Part shown: one piece after another, positions 62,601-64,000 of the stretch | Position numbering within the stretch: the first letter of the stretch is position 1 | How the letters are laid out: the number at the start of each line of letters is the position of its first letter | Source of the DNA: Strigamia acuminata | Taxonomy: Eukaryota | Direction: 5' to 3' | NCBI GenBank assembly: GCA_949358305.1 | Contig: OX442314.1 | Location: forward strand, 18,228,001-18,292,000 | Length of the DNA: 64,000 bases | Position numbers and translations under genes: made by a program | Notes under the pieces: generated by a model | What the model was told of the DNA's origin: nothing | Database searches by the model: none | What the model saw: the letters and a program-made list of their open reading frames with translations, nothing else

Positions 62601-63805
62601 GTATCCTGTATGGTGGCCGCATTGACCCATCTATAATCAATGCACAGACGGTAGGATCCGTCGGGTTTGGACACGATCAAGGGGTGAGACACATAAGGAC
62701 TAATAGCGGCGGGTTCGATCAAGTCCAAATCGATAAGTTCTTGTACAAGGGTCTTGAGTATGTCACGCTTGGTTGGATTATACATCCGGTATGGAGATTT
62801 TCGAGGATTGTCACGTAGCATAATTGTATGCTTGACTATATGAGTACGGCCGGGAGTGTCACTAAACACTGACTGGACACTTTCTAACACTGCTTTTAAT
62901 AGAAGGCGTTGATCGGGCGTACAATCGGCGTTTTTAACCAACTTCTCACTCCAGTCGAGCGAACGCTCAATTTGTCGTGATAGCGAAGGAATGTCCTTGG
63001 CGTAAACTGGTGGCACTAGACAATCTTTGGGGACGCCGGGAGGGGTAAATATTGCGTCATGAGGGTCGAGGTCAGCAATCTCCTCTAAAGTAGTACTTGC
63101 ATTTACAAGCGCTTTCCTGACTGCTTTCTTCGCTTTAAATCTCTTGGAACGTAAAACCTTTAAACATTGCTTTTCTAATTTATTAATCTCTTTTTTAGTG
63201 GCATAAGGAATCGCTACATCCGGGTCGTTACCACATCTCGCCAATTGTTCGTCGGGGCGCAAGTATAGAGAGGTTTTGCGCATGAAATTGTGACCAATCG
63301 TTAAATTTGTCACCCTGGGGGGCAAAACTATGAAGGTAAAGGGTGTATGATGATTTGCCCACTGTATAGTGATGTCTACTTTGCCCACCGGCTTGTGTTT
63401 AATTCCGGGGGCAGAAATTCGCACATTCTTTTTAATTTGGCGGACAGATTCGTATTTAATGCCAAAGACAGGTAGAAGCTGCTCGCCAATAAAACAACTG
63501 GTGGCGCCAGAGTCTATTAGCGCCAAGGAGGGGACTCCATTTACGTGAACATTAATTTGGGCGTGGTCCGTAGTTGAGGATGACGCCATTGACATCAAAC
63601 GTTCTGTGAAACGTTCTTTTAAATCGTGGTGAGGCGAGGGATGGGAGGAAAAGGGAAAATCCTCCGAGCCTGCTAGAGCAAGGGACATCTTGTTAAAAGA
63701 GTTGCATAAATTTAAATCTGGGTTAAGAAGTGGGTTGTTAAATTTAATTCCGGTTTGTATTTGGGACTGAACTATTTGGGCGTCAGTCCCGGGTTTAAGT
63801 TTTTT
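59666..63805 (-). CDS. pol: Gypsy Pol (protease, RT, RNase H, integrase), expressed by -1 frameshift from gag
   Basis: LIDSGAT, RLCIDYR, MPFGLCNAPATFQ, YLDDII, TDASHEGLGAVL, HHCC (HGHPMAGH..CQHC), DLMGP / SDNGPQF / PTERAN and the GPW motif. Frame is intact. Confidence 0.97.
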   Translation of the reverse strand, partial: KKLKPGTDAQIVQSQIQTGIKFNNPLLNPDLNLCNSFNKMSLALAGSEDFPFSSHPSPHHDLKERFTERLMSMASSSTTDHAQINVHVNGVPSLALIDSGATSCFIGEQLLPVFGIKYESVRQIKKNVRISAPGIKHKPVGKVDITIQWANHHTPFTFIVLPPRVTNLTIGHNFMRKTSLYLRPDEQLARCGNDPDVAIPYATKKEINKLEKQCLKVLRSKRFKAKKAVRKALVNASTTLEEIADLDPHDAIFTPPGVPKDCLVPPVYAKDIPSLSRQIERSLDWSEKLVKNADCTPDQRLLLKAVLESVQSVFSDTPGRTHIVKHTIMLRDNPRKSPYRMYNPTKRDILKTLVQELIDLDLIEPAAISPYVSHPLIVSKPDGSYRLCIDYRWVNAATIQDTIAMPDLNMMLLYLGDAKYFTSMDLVKGYYQVEMDPNSRPITSFYTPMGKYQFKRMPFGLCNAPATFQNLMEQILAPVTGQFCLVYLDDIIIYSKTWEEHLQHVKQVLQLLRNAGLTVSMTKSRFGQTEIKFLGFRITKEGTKADTLKLLAIDSFPAPTTVKEVQRFLGMTGYLRKFVPNYASIAKPLSSLTRKDLPFVWEEEQRTAFKTLKEKLMTDGCLLRPELSKPFVIQTDASHEGLGAVLMQEVEVNGKKTLKPAAYASRVLKGAEVRYNTPELECLAVVWAVDRFRPFLEYTTFQLESDAQALKWLMTSPEPSGRFGRWATRLQAGAFKIEYRQGKYNQIADALSRAPLSEEHIPSTDHVEHTEVTQYWPEWTGNRNKGVNVFKESTEQLCSLRIEYVNSVETQGDGSPDVITPDEILNFLDTTKKTDKNCKRNETLMSALTDALKTVPPSRDEIINAQRADPFLYDIIQFISKDELPKNNKLHLRDFKKLCRHYMMDGDLLARFAPTFDEELLDTGNGFKAAMPRSLLKRALFACHGHPMAGHSGVAKTLDRAKMLYHWFGMSRDVRGYVTGCQHCQMYKPLQRKPLAGEYVPLGMTFPWETVTVDLMGPKPGNKFKWLLVIMDNATKYIEVFALHTASAKIIVEKLHEVACRHGSPKKIISDNGPQFCALIYRKFCERQGITVKHTSTYNPSANPTERANRNLKVMIALFSDVHKNWHELIHDFAFATRTSISEATGSTPLLLNSGRIITPPWNPNTLNNSVKLDPNDPEKYIASIQNTIRLAQNVMFTKIQENYEKHRKIHHKKYRIGTFDLDDLVWRKTHHLSNADRQFSAKMAEVRDGPWKIIKILGGTAYRLEKLEDGTIENSINIKHLTPYLPEYPIEEWVENQTHGTDSAHPTPSWMENDEYLPSPSSEQAEPMELATDVTPLTTRIVTPRRDDVEPRTSKRPRVVNPRYTKDFVRCLDSENPA
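63763..63805 (-). promoter_or_regulatory. -1 programmed ribosomal frameshift signal
   Basis: Slippery heptamer A AAA AAC (63805-63799) in the gag frame, 8-nt spacer, then stem GGGACTGA/TCAGTCCC with the gag TAG in its loop. Pol is in the -1 frame. Confidence 0.88.
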
Positions 63806-64000
63806 AGAATGGGGCAGTCTTTTGCACCATGTTCCGCCTCTCGACAGAGGGGGCATTTTGCTAATTCCGCCAGCATTTTAGCAATTAAGGGATCTTCGTG
63901 TTTGCTCTTTTTAGCGTCCTGGGAATTGTGGGAATGAGAATTGGGTCGGTGTTCACGCTTTTTATTATGATCGTTATTGCCTTTAAAGGTGGGGCATTTA
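63772..64000 (-). CDS. gag: Gypsy Gag C-terminus (partial)
   Basis: Open frame from the window edge: ...DPLIAKMLAELAK-CPLCREAEHGAKDC-PILKNLNPGLTPK*, containing a CX2CX4HX4C knuckle. Not in the supplied ORF track. Confidence 0.9.
   Translation of the reverse strand, partial: KCPTFKGNNDHNKKREHRPNSHSHNSQDAKKSKHEDPLIAKMLAELAKCPLCREAEHGAKDCPILKNLNPGLTPK

Larger units (their letters stand above)
54100..64000 (-). mobile_element. Ty3/gypsy LTR retrotransposon with long LTR and extra ORF; 5' part runs off the window
   Basis: Gag C-terminus, -1 frameshift signal, Pol in PR-RT-RH-IN order, extra ORF, and a 2.1-kb terminal block bounded by TGTGACGG...CCGTCACA. Confidence 0.92.

Noticed and set aside
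63806..63856. ATG at 63856 as the Pol start
   Set aside because: It overlaps the gag zinc knuckle in another frame; the slippery site and stem explain Pol expression better.

Overview
AT-rich eukaryotic DNA with many 55-100 nt spliceosomal introns, probably from an invertebrate and possibly an arthropod (inference from intron size and TE types). Most of the window is a head-to-tail minus-strand array of M13 (neprilysin/ECE-family) zinc metallopeptidase genes: seven complete-looking genes (A-G), a canonical-type gene H lacking its visible 5' end, and the 5' exons of a ninth gene (Z) at the left edge. Genes A-H all keep HExxH, ExxxD and HSP..R catalytic motifs. Six fall into sister pairs (A/B very recent, C/D, E/F), and in A/B the changes cluster at active-site-lining residues. 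Two LTR retrotransposons are inserted. One is a full Ty1/copia (11145-16103) with identical 208-bp LTRs, a 5-bp TSD, a tRNA-iMet PBS and an in-frame stop just after its likely ATG. The other is a 5'-incomplete Ty3/gypsy (54100 to beyond 64000, minus) with a ~2.1-kb LTR, a clear -1 frameshift signal and an extra 530-aa non-Env ORF of unknown function. Its LTR lands 14 nt upstream of the transmembrane exon of gene H and supplies an in-frame ATG. Also present: a decayed pogo transposase, several MITEs (PIF/Harbinger-like, hAT-like, one with a TTAGG/TCAGG core, one DINE-1/Helentron-like) and an SR-protein-like pseudogene fragment. All gene models were spliced by eye, so start codons and exon edges are approximate.
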